Shown piece after piece: positions 1 to 13,206 of a stretch of DNA of 64,000 nucleotides; position 1 is the first letter of the stretch; every line of letters starts with the position of its first letter. The notes under the pieces were generated by a model. That model made no database searches, had not been told where the DNA came from, and saw only the letters and a list, made by a program, of their open reading frames with translations. The position numbers and the translations under genes were made by a program. The stretch comes from Octopus bimaculoides (taxonomy: Eukaryota), in contig NC_068988.1 of assembly GCF_001194135.2 (NCBI RefSeq), forward strand, positions 16,004,885-16,068,884, given 5' to 3'.

Positions 1-6
1 TATATA

Positions 7-405
7 GGCGCAGGAGTGGCTGTGTGGATAAGCAGCTTGCTTACGAACCACATGCTTCCTGGTTCAGTCTCACTGCGTGGCAGCTTGGGCAAGTGTCTTC
101 TACTATAGCCTCGGGCCGACCAAAACCTTGTGAGTGGATTTGGTAGACGGAAACTGAAAGAAGCCCGTCGTATATATGTATATGTATGTATGTGTGTGTA
201 TATATTTGTGTGTCAGTGTTTGTACCCCAACATTGCTTGACAACCGATGCTCGTGTGTTTACGTCCCTGTAACTTAGCGGTTCGGAAAAAGAGACCGATA
301 GTATAAGTACTAGCCTTACAAAGAATAAGTCCTGAGGTTGATTTGCTCGACTAAAGGCGGTGCTCCAGCATGCCTACAGACAAATGTCTGAAACAAGTAA
401 AAGAG
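7..405 (+). mobile_element. tRNA-derived SINE, family A, with internal (TA)/(TG) microsatellite
   Basis: Head GGCGCAGGAGTGGCTGTGTGG...GGTTCAGTCTCAC has A/B-box-like motifs and recurs at 32029-32191 (+) and 30402-30470 (-). Central CTTGGGCAAGTGTCTT is CORE-like. A microsatellite at ~170-215 separates the head from a 3' module ending GAAACAAGTAAAAGAG. Confidence 0.8.
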
Positions 406-481
406 TATATCATATATATAACAGGCCTCTTATTAAATTTACTTTTTATTAAATTTCATTTACTGGTTGTTAGTCAGCCTG

Positions 482-1358
482 AACTCTTCGACTGCGTATA
501 TAATTAGGCGATTGAAGGCTAATAATAGGGAAATGTATTTTGATAATATACATCCGTCAGATAACATTTAAACACTTTTCTCTTTAGTCATTACACTACA
601 GACTAAAGGTGGTCAGGCCAAGTTATTGTAGAAGGCACTTGCCGCAGATGGCATGCAGTAGGATCGAACGCAGAATTACATACTTATAACGCAAACTTTT
701 TAACCTTACAGTCACGTCTTTGCTTGTATTTCTTCTATTTAAATTACAGTAGCAATGCTTGATATCATATCTCTTCATACTCGTTTACCTCGTCCACCTC
801 GCCCCATACAAACAGATAATATACGAGTTAGATGATTACATTCTTTTTACATTAGTCTAATAATTTGAAAAATCATCTCCCTTTCAAGATATATTACGTT
901 CAGACATATTACAAATTCAAATATTCAAGCGAGTGAATATAACATTAAATCTTTTTTAATCAACATTTCCCCTGACATAACTATCTAAAGTATAGCACTG
1001 GCTTCTGAATTTATTACTTTGATTTCATTAGAGCTCTGTTGAACGTTCATTTATTCTAAACTGCTATTCCATTCATATATTTATTGTGAACAGATAAGGA
1101 ATATTTCCTCAAGAGAACTGAAATTCTTTTTTCCTAAACTCTAAACTCAGTCGTGAATTTTACGATCTTTCAAAACACATAACTCTAATTAACTCATTCA
1201 TTTACAACTTAACTCTTCGACTGCGTATATAATTAGGCGATTGAAGGCTAATAATAGGGAAATGTATTTTGATAATATACATCCGTCAGATAACATTTAA
1301 ACACTTTTCTCTTTAGTCATTACACTACAGACTAAAGGTGGTCAGGCCAAGTTATTGT
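482..1358 (+). repeat. Exact 148-bp direct duplication (482-629 = 1211-1358)
   Basis: The two copies are identical when read base by base; the second ends ~50 bp before an N gap. Confidence 0.9.
590..715 (-). mobile_element. Degenerate SINE family A head
   Basis: GTAGAAGGCACTTGCCGCAGATGGCATGCAGTAGGATCGAAC is a diverged reverse complement of the family A head. Confidence 0.55.
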
Positions 1359-2169
1359 CAAGACAACCGAAACATAGTTTTCTTTTTAAATAAACATTAG
1401 AATAGNNNNNNNNNNNNNNNNNNNNNNNNNNNNNATATATATATATAAATATATATATATACATACATATAAATGAAGTATGCTGGGTTCAATATTACAT
1501 ATATGTATATTAAATTAAATATATTTCGTGGTGAAAAGACCTATACGTGTATATACACGAAATTATTTATAAATATATATCGTAATTATACACAGGATAT
1601 AATTTGTAAAATTTTAGAAATTACGATAGATAGTTGCAAAGGGTTAGATTATGCATGAAAAGAATATACATACATAGGAATGGATACAACTTCAATTACA
1701 AAATTACAATCATAGTGGAAAAAGGAACCGCATTATTTGGTCTTGTATATTAGAGTTAGTTAATTCAGTTAATCGGGGATTGGTTGAATCTTACAATTTC
1801 TTAAAAGATATTTTCCTGCATGGAAATAAAATTATCATATTTTCTGTCAGGCGGAGATTACATTTGTCTGACACATTTATATAAGATTTAGATCTTCTTA
1901 AAATTCTCCATTTAACTGTAAATGAAATGCTTCTCTCTTTAAGGGTCCAGATGTGATTTGCTACTTTAATGTATTTCATCTTATCCCTATGACGAAATGT
2001 CGCAGTATGATTATTATATCTATTTTTAAACGGCTCCTCGCATAAGCCAACGTATGTTTTCTTATCATTATCATTAGATGTTGTACAGAATCTGCATCAT
2101 ATACTATTGATCTGGTTAAACATTGCTGCTGGAGAGGACATAGCCCCATTTCTCTACAATTACAGCCGT

Positions 2170-3110
2170 CTTCGGTTGAGAACTGAACCTTGAAGATCGT
2201 GAGCGTATTGGACGCCCATTAGTCATCGATGACGGTCAATTAAAGACCGTCATTGAGAAACATCCACGTAGATCCACTTGAGAACTGGTAAAAGAACTTT
2301 AAGTTAACCAGAAAACTGCCTGCAACCATTTGCATGCGATTGGAAAACAGAAAGAAACTCGACAAATGGGTACCACACGACTTGAATGAAAATCAGAAAA
2401 TGCGTACATATGAAATTTGGTCGTAGTTTCTTCTCCGTAACCAGACCGATCCATTTCTCGACCGTATTGTAACTTGCGATGAAAAGTGGATTCTGTAGAA
2501 TAATAAAAATGTTCTTCGCAGTGGTTGGACGAAAATGAAGCACCAAAAAGCTTCTCTAAACTCGAGCTCTTCAAAAAGAAGGTTACAGTGACTGTTTGGT
2601 GGTGTACTGCTGGGCTCATCCCCTATAACTTCCTAAAATCCGGAAAAACCCTTACTGCAGAAATATATTGCCATGAAATTGCCAAAATGAATGAAAAACT
2701 GCTACTCTCTGTCTTAGATTGGTCAACAGAAGAAGGCCAATCATTCTTCATGACAAAGCTAGACTACACGTTTCCCTAATGACGCTCCAGAAGTTGAGGG
2801 AACTTGGCTGCGAAGTTCTTCCCCACCCAGCTTATTCCCCAGACCTTTCTCCTACCGATTACCTTGATGGTTTCCTACGAGAGGAGTTAAAAAATTAAAC
2901 CGAAGCTGAATGTGCGCTCAAAGAGTTCATCAGCTCCAGAACTCCAGGTATTTATGTTACCGGAATAAAGAAACTTGCAACTCGTTGGCAAAAATAGGTT
3001 GATTGTAATGGTATTTACTTTGATGAATAAGATTTCCGCATTGTTGAAATATATCGTGATGAATTTCACGTTTCAAAACGTTGCTTACTGTTTGCTGATA
3101 AATCATTAAA
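2170..3110 (+). pseudogene. Decayed mariner (DD34D) transposase
   Basis: Frameshifted peptides [46 protein letters not shown] and [13 protein letters not shown] match the mariner WVPHEL and YSPDL motifs. Confidence 0.9.
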
Positions 3111-3404
3111 GAATGGGAAGAGTTGACTAAATGTACATAAGTCTGTTTTAGACTGTCACATAAGTCTGTCACAATATTGACAAGTACGAAGAAGTCTTTG
3201 TTTCTCTGATGAGCTTATAATGTTATGGAAACCTGTTCAGAGTTGTTTCCCGTATTTGTCTAAATACTTGAAATGACATTAGTCCATTAAATATCTAGAC
3301 CTCTAGATCAGTAAATTGTTAATAGTATAATTTTCCAGATTATTGATCGCATCTTTGCAGTTGACAAATGTTTTAATATTTCCATCTACAACACATTTCG
3401 ATCG

Positions 3405-3494
3405 GTTTGATCTACGACCGCCTGATCTTCGACCTTCTAATCTCCGATAGTTTGATCTTCGATCTTTTGATCTCGGATTGTTTGATCTATGATT
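3405..3494. repeat. Six diverged 15-bp tandem units, consensus gtttGATCTtcGAtc
   Basis: Units start at 3405, 3420, 3435, 3450, 3465 and 3480 with no indels. Confidence 0.8.
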
Positions 3495-3896
3495 GAGGAT
3501 CAACCTGATCGAAACGCAAATTAGATGTAAATAAAACATTTTAATCTGTAAAGTTGATGTGGATAATCATTAAAATTTTAATGTCATCATTAATATCATT
3601 ACTGATTCAATATTATTATTATTATTATTATTTATTCCTTACTCTACTATCATTTCTATTTTGATTTTCTTTAATTCCTACCTGATTGAATATGCCAGCA
3701 TTTCGTTAAATACCTTAATTACTAATTATTAACGAACGACACAAATTTCACAAAAATGCTAAATGCATTATCAAGTTTTAACTAAAGTTAAATATTTCCA
3801 TGAAATATGTAAACTGTTAGAAAATTCTCAATGTTGTCATAAGCACGTTTGGCTTACGCCTCATATCTCTTAAACCCTTGTATACTTTCTAAGATC

Positions 3897-4271
3897 GTGG
3901 AGGTACAATGGCCCAGTGGTTAGGGCAGCGGACTCGCGGTCATAGGATGGCGGTTTCGATTCCCAGACCGGGCGTTATGAGTGTTTATTCAGCGAAAACG
4001 CCTAAAGCTCCATGAAGCTCCGGCAGAGGATGGTGGCGAACCCTGCTGTACTCTTTCACCACAACTTTCTCTCACTCTTATTTCCTGTTTCTGTTGTGCC
4101 TGCAATTCAAAGGGCCAGCCTTATCACGCTGAATATCCCCGAGAACTACATTAAGGGTACACGTTTCTGTGGAGTGCTCAGCCACTTGCACGTTAATTTC
4201 ACGAGCAGGCTGTTCCATTGATCAGATCAACTGGAACCCTCGACGTCGTAAGCGACGGAGTGCCAACACAC
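3897..4271 (+). mobile_element. Full-length tRNA-derived SINE, family C, with 13-bp TSD
   Basis: A box TGGCCCAGTGG and B box GGTTTCGATTCCC. Flanked by the direct repeat ACTTTCTAAGATC at 3884-3896 and 4272-4284. Confidence 0.9.
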
Positions 4272-4394
4272 ACTTTCTAAGATCATGCTTTTATATATTT
4301 CTGTCATCAGACAGCGATTTCACTGGGACAACGCATTAAATACGACGGGGTAGCATGTACCATGCTGTTGTCAATTTTTTAGGTGCTTATGTAG

Positions 4395-4605
4395 TCGCGT
4401 GCTGAGAGAGACAGAATCTTGACAATACCATTATTCATTCAGCGCAGCATGAAGGATGTGACAGCTTGGAGCGGGAGAGCTGTACTAGCCATGCTCTGGT
4501 GCTCATTTTCAGCTGAGTACAGAACGCACGGTTTGATTCAGGAATCGAATCCATTATCTTATAATCGTGAGCCTAACACTGTAACTTACACACCACGTGT
4601 CTTCA
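4395..4605 (-). mobile_element. Degenerate SINE family D
   Basis: CAGGAATCGAATCC...TCGTGAGCCTAACACT...CACGTGTCTTCA resembles the reverse-complemented head of the 46616-46860 element. Confidence 0.5.
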
Positions 4606-5800
4606 AATGTGTAATATGCATAATCTTATAATTTCTAATATAAGTTATTCAAAGATGGAGATAAGCGCCGACTAAGTGGCTCAAATGCAGCCAGTCGTGA
4701 GGTTGGATATACATTTAACGTTAGTAGGTAAAAGGTTTTGTGGGAAGGGGTGTTTTGAAAGCTCGTGACAAAGGGAATTCCGCTAAAGTTAGTGACCTGT
4801 AAAGCCTACCACAGAAATTAGTTCGCTTCTTACCCCAGTCAGTGCGGAAAATATATTTAATTTTCAGCGTAGCAGAATGAAGAGAAGAGACACGTCCTTC
4901 ACTCAGGGCACTTGTAAAATGATGCGATCTCACAACGTTGCAAATAAAATAAAGGAACCGTTTTGTAGTTGGTCTACGAGCTAGATACCTCCTCTTACCG
5001 TCATCAAAGAGGGAGAAGGACACATAGTATAATGCATGTGTGAAACGTGAATGGACACAGCAAGAATATATTTGATCGAATTGCTTGATAGGTCTGCTAC
5101 AGAAATGAGCTTATAATGATGTCAATTTGTACTTCTTACCACAAATAGTAAGGAACGTAATTTCAATTTTCAATGATGCTGAAACAAAGAACCTACCATT
5201 TCTTTTACTAGTGACTGACCTGTGGTTAAACGGCTATAACGAATGCACCAAGATGTTGGTAAGGGCTTCCATTCATCAATTAAAAGTTTCGTCAGAATAA
5301 ACTAATAAATGGTTGACTATAGTCAATGTATGAATCAAAGGACGAATGAAAGATTTTGTTTGTCAAGGAGAAAATTGATAAATAAATGAAAAGTAAATTT
5401 AACGAAAGAACTGTACTTACAGAAATACGAAATTGTTCAAGGAAAGAGGAAAAAGGAAAAAGTAAAAAGAAAGGAAAAATCGAATCTGTAGACATTGATT
5501 ATTGTTATTATCGAAATGCACATTGATTATATTTTGACTTCCTGATGTAGACGAAAAGGAAATTAACTCATTATTAACAGAGAAATCGTCTTCGGTTAAT
5601 TCTAAACGAGATTGAATTAAATTGAGCGGATACGTGTGTCTTTTAATTAACACGCATTTAGTATAACTACATATTTATGAGGTCCAAATGTAAAGGTGAA
5701 ACGTAACTAGGAGGTCTATGAGGTGTATAAGGATGAAGGGATTTTCAATCACTGGAACAAAAATTCCAGTTTCAAATCTTCATTAGATCATTTGGTAGTT

Positions 5801-6112
5801 TCAAATTTTGACACAAGGCCAGTAATTTCCGGGTAGGGCATGAAGGGAAGTGGTACTAATTTTATCGACTTCAAAAAGATGAAAGGTCAAGCTGACCTCG
5901 GCGAATTTGAATTCAGAACATAAAGAGAGACGAAATGACAATAAGCATCTCGCCACCCACCAGCGAATCTACCAACCCGCCGCCTTTACTTGATACAGAT
6001 ATATTAATTGTTCCGCATGTTTAGTGTGTGTGTGTATGTGTGTGCGTGCGTGTGTATATATACTTATATATATATATACATGCAAATATACATATATATG
6101 TATATATACACG

Positions 6113-6157
<45 letters not shown>

Positions 6158-6391
6158 ATATATATTTCTTTATTGCCCACTAGGGGCTAAACATAGAGGG
6201 GACAAACAAGGACAGACAGAGGGATTAAGTCGATTAGATCGACCCCAGTACGTAACTGGTACTTTATTTATGGACGCTGAAAGGATGAAAGGCAAAGTCG
6301 ACCTCGGCGGAATTTGAACCCAGAACGTAACGGCAGACGAAATAACGCTAAGTATTTCGTCCGGCGCGCTAACGTTTCTGCCAGCTCGCCG
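5801..6391 (-). mobile_element. Two SINE family B copies (5801-5986, 6166-6391) separated by TG/TA/TCTA microsatellites
   Basis: Both contain the reverse complement of the family B core GAGTTCAAATTCCGCCGAGGTCGACTTTGCCTTTCATCC and head GGCGGCGAGCTGGCAG; they have different 3' tails. Confidence 0.85.
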
Positions 6392-6497
6392 TATATTTAG
6401 ATATACGAGACTAAAAAAAAAAAAAAACATGGTACAAGACTTCTGATGAAGGTACAAGATTTCAAGACTCAAAACTTTTCATGTTTACTTATGACAA

Positions 6498-6696
6498 GGT
6501 CCGACTTACACAGAATAGAAATGATATCAGGAATTAAAGGGATTGAAGACGAAGGATGGTATTATCCGATGATGGGATCAATTTACAATTATTATTTCGG
6601 ACCAACAGCCGTCCACCAATCAACTGTTGGACTAGTAAAACTCTTATTCAATCCCTTTAATTCCTGATATCATTTCTATTCTCTGTGAGTCGGACC
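6498..6696. mobile_element. MITE-like 199-bp element with 50-bp terminal inverted repeats
   Basis: 6498-6547 is the reverse complement of 6647-6696 at 48/50 positions. No clear TSD. Confidence 0.75.
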
Positions 6697-6755
6697 GTTT
6701 TATATATAAAGATATGTACAATTATTGTATTAGACGTATTTAATATTTTTTGTAG

Positions 6756-6950
6756 AAGGCGGTGAGGTAGCAGAAACGTTAGCAGGCCGGGCGAAATGCT
6801 TAGCGGTATTTCGTCTGCCGCTACGTTCTGAGTTCAAATTCCTCCATTATTTATTGTACCAGCACTTTATTATTAACTCCAAATGGATGAAAGGTAAACT
6901 ATTATTTCGATGGGATTTGAACTCAGAGTGCAGGAAAACGGACAAATACC
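6756..6950. mobile_element. SINE family B head (+, 6756-6842) abutting a family B fragment (-, 6857-6950)
   Basis: AAGGCGGTGAGGTAGCAGAAACGTTAGC...GAGTTCAAATT is followed by GGATGAAAGGTAAA...GATTTGAACTCAG. Confidence 0.7.
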
Positions 6951-8769
6951 ATAACACACTGTAGTATCTGCCAGGTTCCCCGATATAGTCATTAGCATGT
7001 CACGGAGTTACCCTCTTGTAGAATATTATTGATAGACACCCAAATGGACCTAGGGTAGATGATGCCCTTCAGCTCCTTATCTATTCATCAGAGAGAAGGT
7101 AACTCAACATTAACGCTGCATGTCGATAATTATTGGATTCGTGGCATCTGTTGCATTAGACCATTACTAGTTGAAAGAATCAGAACGTGGAACTAGTTCT
7201 GCATGAAAGATACTTCCGATAATAATAAACCCCTGGTTCCTTCCCGGGTAATTTATTGAGCGTTTAAAAACGGCTAAGCGGTGGGAAAGGAAACTCCTAA
7301 AGAAAATCCAGAGGGAGGGTCCATAACGCAGGTATGTATTGTTATAATTCACTGCTATTTGGCATACCCTCTGGCTCCATGAATGCTGTGAACATATTTT
7401 CATCGTGTACTTAGGGCTAAGCTTTTGCTCTTGGAAACAGCCTCGGTACAGCAAAGGTGGATGAGTTATTGTTTACAACAATACCGTCGACCAACGACGA
7501 AAACGGTCAATCAAAACCAAAGTTACACGCGCGGCGTGTTTGTGTGGAGGGTATATCAGCCGAAACGTTGTGTTAACAATAAACAAGATGAAGATAAATA
7601 TCCGTCAAATGTAAATAATGTACATAATTCCTCATCTCTTAAATATAGAACTGTATTCATATATTTATATATATATATATGTGTTATGTATGCATATGTG
7701 TATAGTGAGGTAACATTAAACTCACCGTTTCTTTATTGAATAAATATAGTGATATATATATATATATATATATTAACATTAAAGCAATGCTAGGTGCCAG
7801 CATTAATTTTATTTCATCAGCTCAATGTACTTATATAAGTAATGAGACACTATTAAGATTCCTAATATATCAGAGATCGGCTATAAAAAGAAATACTTAA
7901 TTCTTTGATAAACTAATATTTGGAGACAGTCGGCGTCATTTGGAACTTGAAGCCGGAAGAAATTTTAGTCACACCAGAGTTCATTTAGGTTTGATTTTCC
8001 GGAAGGATAAACATTGCTATGCACTAAATTTAAGTAGGAAATAAAAAGAGAAAAGACAAATACTACATAAAAGAAAAAAGACAAACGAGGAATGATTGTC
8101 TCTGACAAGTATAAAAAAGGCAATATTTTTCTGTCGGAAAATATACATTAATTCTTCATGTGATATTAAAGCATTATCTTATCAATATTGTCTGGCAGAT
8201 CTGCCATGTAATATCTGGTTACCAATCAAATTTACGTCCGAAAAAGATACACCAAATTTCAGAGTTGTTTCTATAACATAATAAAACCATGATCAACATA
8301 TTCGAGCTCGGCATTTGGCACATGACATGATGGATTTACAGTTGAAAAGTTTCTCTTCAAGTCAAAGAGCCTGGGAAAGGTTTCTTTTTGAAGAGAAGAC
8401 AATCAGTGTTGAACATGTATGAAAATTTTCCCCTCCGCAGCATTGATATTGTCCAAGAGTATATCTGTTGCAACTTGGTAGGAACATAGCAGCAGGTGTT
8501 GCTGTTACAACACAAAGAACTGGGACAGTTACCGCACTCTGTTTTACTGCACTCTGTTTTACTGGTAATTGCATAATCATTAATTAGTGATTATAATTTA
8601 ATCAAGTATTTTTGATAATTATTTCATGGCACCTGTTGCTAGTTGACGAAGAGCTTCTCAGAGTAAATCTCTGTACACACTTGCCCCGCCCCATCTAAAA
8701 TGAATTCTTATAAAGCAAATAAAAATGCTTTACTAAAACTTTACAGGCATACACACAGAGACATTTCTA

Positions 8770-9678
8770 GAATAACATGGGGCAAGGCTACATGACGTCA
8801 CTTGCACAATCTTATTGCAACCTTCTTTTGGTCAACAAACTTTTTTTATCTGCGATATTATGTTCTGAACATTTTTGGCACTCTGTTCTGCGATGTGACG
8901 AAACGAAATTCGAGTTATTTGGTCACAATGATAGGATTACTGTTTGGAGGAAAAGAGGAGAAGCCTACAGTCTGAAGAATACCATCCCTACCATCAAACA
9001 TGGAGGAGGCATCATAATGCTGTAGAGCCATTTTCTTGCGAAAGGCATTGGAAAATTTATTTCGAATTGAAGGAACGATGGAAATAGAAAATTATCTCGA
9101 AATTTTGAATGAAAAACCTGAAGTCCTTCACAAAGCAGCTGGGATTAGAAGCCGTTGGATCCTCAGGCAAAATCCCAATGATCCCAAGTATACCTCACTT
9201 TAAATCCAAAATTGTTTGAAAGAAAACAGGATAGATGTACTTTCTTGGCCAGCTCAAAGTCTTGTGTCAAATCTGATAGAAAAATTTATGGAACTAAAGA
9301 AAAGAGTGACCACAAGAAGGCAATCTAATTTGAAGCAACTGGAAGAATATATGATTGAAGAATGGGATAAAATTCCTTCTGAAGCCAAATGAAAATTATT
9401 ATCGCAAATTGAAGAAAGTTATTAAGCATAAAGGATACACTGCTGATCATTAATCATCGAATGTTGTAGAAGTACCAATAATTTTGAGACATCTAATTAT
9501 TTTGCTTTACTGTTTTGCTTGTAAAAAATAAATTGCTTTGGAAATTTAACTTTTGTTTGACATTCCTTAAACATATGTGCCTACATGGATCAAAAATTAT
9601 TTATGTAGACGCTAATTTTAGGGAGAAATTCAATAAAAACCCACCTTTGACAAGGGTGCCAACAGTTGTGCGCATCAG
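8770..9678 (+). pseudogene. Decayed Tc1-type (DD34E) transposon
   Basis: FWHSVLRCDETKFELFG, TIKHGGGIIML and WPAQS...NLIE motifs. A right TIR-like GGGTGCCAACAGTTGTGCGCATCAG is followed by TA at 9679. Confidence 0.85.
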
Positions 9679-10627
9679 TATATACATACACATGTATATA
9701 TATATACATATATANNNNNNNNNNNNNNNNNNNNNNNNNNNNNNNNNNNNNNNNNNNNNNNNNNNNNNNNNNNNNNNNNNNNNNNNNNNNNNNNNNNNNN
9801 NNNNNNNNNNNNNNNNNNNNNNNNNNNNNNNNNNNATTTGGCACAGCGTGTATTTCCCTCTATTCGTAAAAGAATTACGATTCAAAACTTACGCTTTGAT
9901 AGATATCTGTTTCTATTTCAATTCGTTGTAATAGCTGATTCGATTTGAGAATCAGTAATTCAAATCCCGTAAGTGATACGATTTTGTACCTTGCAAAATC
10001 TGACACAACTTATCACACATCTCTGACTGTAGATCAAAGCTTAATATAAGCCAATATATTTAACCATGAGTTTCATAACATGGGACATATCTAATTCGTT
10101 GTAGAGCAGGATTTGTGTTTTTGAGTATCTAAAGACGCTGCTAAGACGCTTGAATGGGGTTTGAAAGACTTGAACGTTGCATCAAACATTTGTCTACTCT
10201 CCTAGAATCATAGAATCAAGTTTGTAGACATTATAAGCGTTTCAAATGGTTGCTGTAATACTTGTCAGCTTACCACAGAAACGTAAATTTAATAACAGAT
10301 ATAATTCTAAGTTGAAGTATGCTGCTAATAATTTGATCAGTTATCACAACATTGCTCTAATACAATTATCCTTCTATTAACCACATGATACACCAACGAT
10401 TCATGAAATTCTCCGTAAATCAATCTTCTTCTTAAAGCATTTCAACTGAAATAATTCATGAGGAAACGTTTATAACCAAGTAATGTTTGACTCAGTCATC
10501 AGATTGATTAACTTTCAAGATACAATTCGATTTCAGAACTATAAATTATAAAATTATTTATCGCATTTAAGCCAGTTCAGTACTTTTCCATCTAATTTCT
10601 ATCCTTCCCTTTCTTGAGTTTCAAACC

Positions 10628-10820
10628 AGCGTAGTGATGTGATGAAGTTTGAGCCATGGGCAAATTGCGGCTCATTGGATTTTCTCAGTGGTACGCCTAA
10701 CGAAAAATTACCTTGAATGTTTTTAGTAGTTCGAACAGCATGATGGTGAATTATAGTACGAAGAACATGATGAATTACGTCTCGTGCGGCCCGCTTCTCG
10801 AAAAAGGTTGTCCGTACCTG
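10628..10820. mobile_element. Possible hAT-type MITE remnant
   Basis: TGCGGCCCGC...GAAAAAGGTTGTCCGTACCTG resembles hAT/Charlie MITE ends; the left end is degenerate. Confidence 0.3.
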
Positions 10821-12043
10821 GCTTTAGATCGTCACTGAAGGGACTCTGTTAGCAACAGTAATACAAGATGAAGACTAGCATTGACTTAAAGCCTTTTCTT
10901 TACGGTCATTGCTTCATTACTTTTTTTTTCTCTTAGATGGATTAGTATTGTATAATCTTATTAAGAAATATTTTCTACGGATAATATAACACCTACATAA
11001 GGAATAATAAATCTAAGTTCAGAGACTCACCCGTATACATAAGATTGAAATGCTGATTTACACTTTTTGAAAAGGCTAAACGACTGATGACTGCATCCAC
11101 TTTCTTTAACATCGTGTGGGGACTTAATCGAAGTTCAAAATGTGATGATGGCTAACAGAAGTAAGCAGAAATAAAATTATTTGATGCATTTGTTCTATCT
11201 TGTATAGTGTTACAGTGGAGTTATTAAATACAAATGGTTGTTTTCAATGTCTCGACAGTACATTCGTATTTTTTATTGTATTTTCTTTGTGTACTCCATT
11301 TCTTAAATGATTTATTTTATAACATCAGATATTTTTCGTACGTTTTAATTGTATAATTTTCATAAAATATATCCACTTCTCCTCTCACTGTAACTAATAC
11401 TGCTGTTATTCCTACACAAACACCATTACCATCATCGTGCTCTACAAAAAACGAAGCAAAAGCAACAATAAAGAATAAATCTGAACAAAAACTAACGTTC
11501 CTCAAAACATAATTTCTATTGTCTGGAAAATGTTTTGAAATATATGTGTCTGTTATTATTAAAGGAAGATAATAACTAATCTAGTCTAGGTGACAGGAAG
11601 AGAAAAACACGTTCTATCAATATAAAAAAATAAAGAAATGGAAAACCATTGGAAATAAGACAAAACGAAGCTAATATAATGGAAATTGATTTATTGCGAT
11701 GATAACTTAATGCAGAAAGAGAGAGAAGGGGTAGGAGAGATTATTTTACTTTGGAAGCCAAAAACAAAGACAGAACAACAATAATAAAAGAAATTACTAT
11801 CATATAACGGAAGTGTGTTTGTTATATTCTTGTTTATAAATTACAAATCTGTATATTGTGATAATTACAAAGATTAGTTGTGGCAGAGTTGCATATAGAG
11901 GGATACAATATGAATTGTAGCATTGAATCAGTTTTCAGATCGTAAGCAAATTATTCCATTATAATCTGTCTCGCCTACCCAACGTCCTTGATTGCGTACA
12001 TGGAAATAAAAGGAGATATAGATGACTGTAAAGCGACACTATA

Positions 12044-12375
12044 CAGGCATACCTCAACTTACGTCAGTAACAGGTTCCAGCAAGACATGCGACATAACTT
12101 GAAAGATGTCGTAACACGATAAAACACTTTAAAAGAATAATATTAGCGTATATATGTTTTAATAAATGGTTTGTACATATTTTCGCATGTATCTTATTTG
12201 ATCTCCACTTCGGTATTGGATTTTAGGTGTTTTTAAAGCTTTTATGCGTTTAAATATATTTATTGAACCGAATAAATTGACAGAAATTGAAGTTTATTTT
12301 TCCAATATTTTCTTTAGAATACTACATAAATAGAAAAGGAAGAATTTCGGAACAATGTAAACTGAGGTGCGCCTG
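12044..12375. mobile_element. pogo/Tigger-like MITE with TA TSD
   Basis: TA-CAGGCATACCTCAACTTAC versus the reverse complement of the right end, TA-CAGGCGCACCTCAGTTTAC (17/21 identical including TA). Confidence 0.7.
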
Positions 12376-12424
12376 TAAAAGGAAATATATATAACTGGGA
12401 GTTTTTTGAGCAAAAGCAAAGGAG

Positions 12425-12634
12425 ACAGTGCTGAAAAGTTCCTAGATTTGGATAAAAAGGAAATACAGGAGGATCAGTTAATCATGATTTTATTCAGCAT
12501 ATTCCCCTCTCAGATTCACACACTTATTGCAGAGGTCCCTCCTTTTCTCTAAGCCCTATAAAAGAACTCAGAAGGTCGTGCCTCCAACCAGGCCTTTCGC
12601 GATACTCTTAAAACCAGGAACTTTTCAGCACCCC
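12425..12634. mobile_element. Mariner-derived MITE (~210 bp)
   Basis: TIRs GTGCTGAAAAGTTCCT and AGGAACTTTTCAGCAC(CCC); the interior resembles a mariner 3' end. Confidence 0.8.
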
Positions 12635-12985
12635 ATCGAAGATATTAGCGGAAAGTAAACTGTTGAGATTCATGGCCACCAAATGGGAATGGGGATAAAA
12701 CATTACAACTAACATAAATAGATGTTGCAGTCAAAAAAGGGAAGAAAACATTGTATTCTGAGGTAGGTAAGCAGAAAATAGGACTCTTGTGATATAAAGG
12801 CCCTGGTCTTTGAAAAGTTCGATAGGTCTTTCAGATCTATAGATTAAGGCAAGAACTATAAAAAATGAAACCAACTTTACATACTCAAAAATCAAGAGTG
12901 AATGAAATCTTTCTGAACTGTGAATTCGTTATGAAGTCTTTTCGAGTTCACATAACGATTATTTTCTAATATATTTCTGATGTTT

Positions 12986-13206
12986 AAGGTAGCGAGCTGG
13001 CAGAATCATTAGCATATCAGGCAAAATGCTTAGTGACATTTCATCCGTCAGTACGTTAAGAATTGAAATTCAGTCGAGGTCATCTTTGCCTTTTCACCAT
13101 TTCGGTTCGATAAAGTAAGTGACCAGTTGAATACAGGGGCTAATGTAATCGATTCACCATCTACTCTGAAATTGCAGGCCTTGCGCCAAAATTTGAAATC
13201 AATATA
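12986..13206 (+). mobile_element. SINE family B
   Basis: Head GCGAGCTGGCAGAATCATTAGC, core GAGGTCATCTTTGCCTTTTCA, tail GGCCTTGCGCCAAAATTTGAAATCAAT. Confidence 0.8.

Noticed and set aside
3897-3975. tRNA-like heads of SINEs as tRNA genes
   Set aside because: A/B boxes are present but there is no complete cloverleaf, and they run on into SINE bodies.
8362-8580. Cys-containing ORF with QYQCCGG (tetraspanin-like word)
   Set aside because: A single short word with no other family features or convincing splice sites.
11365-11510. ~48-codon S/T/P-rich plus-strand frame (NISTSPLTVTNTAVIPTQTPLP...)
   Set aside because: An in-frame TAA lies immediately upstream, with no acceptor AG or ATG.
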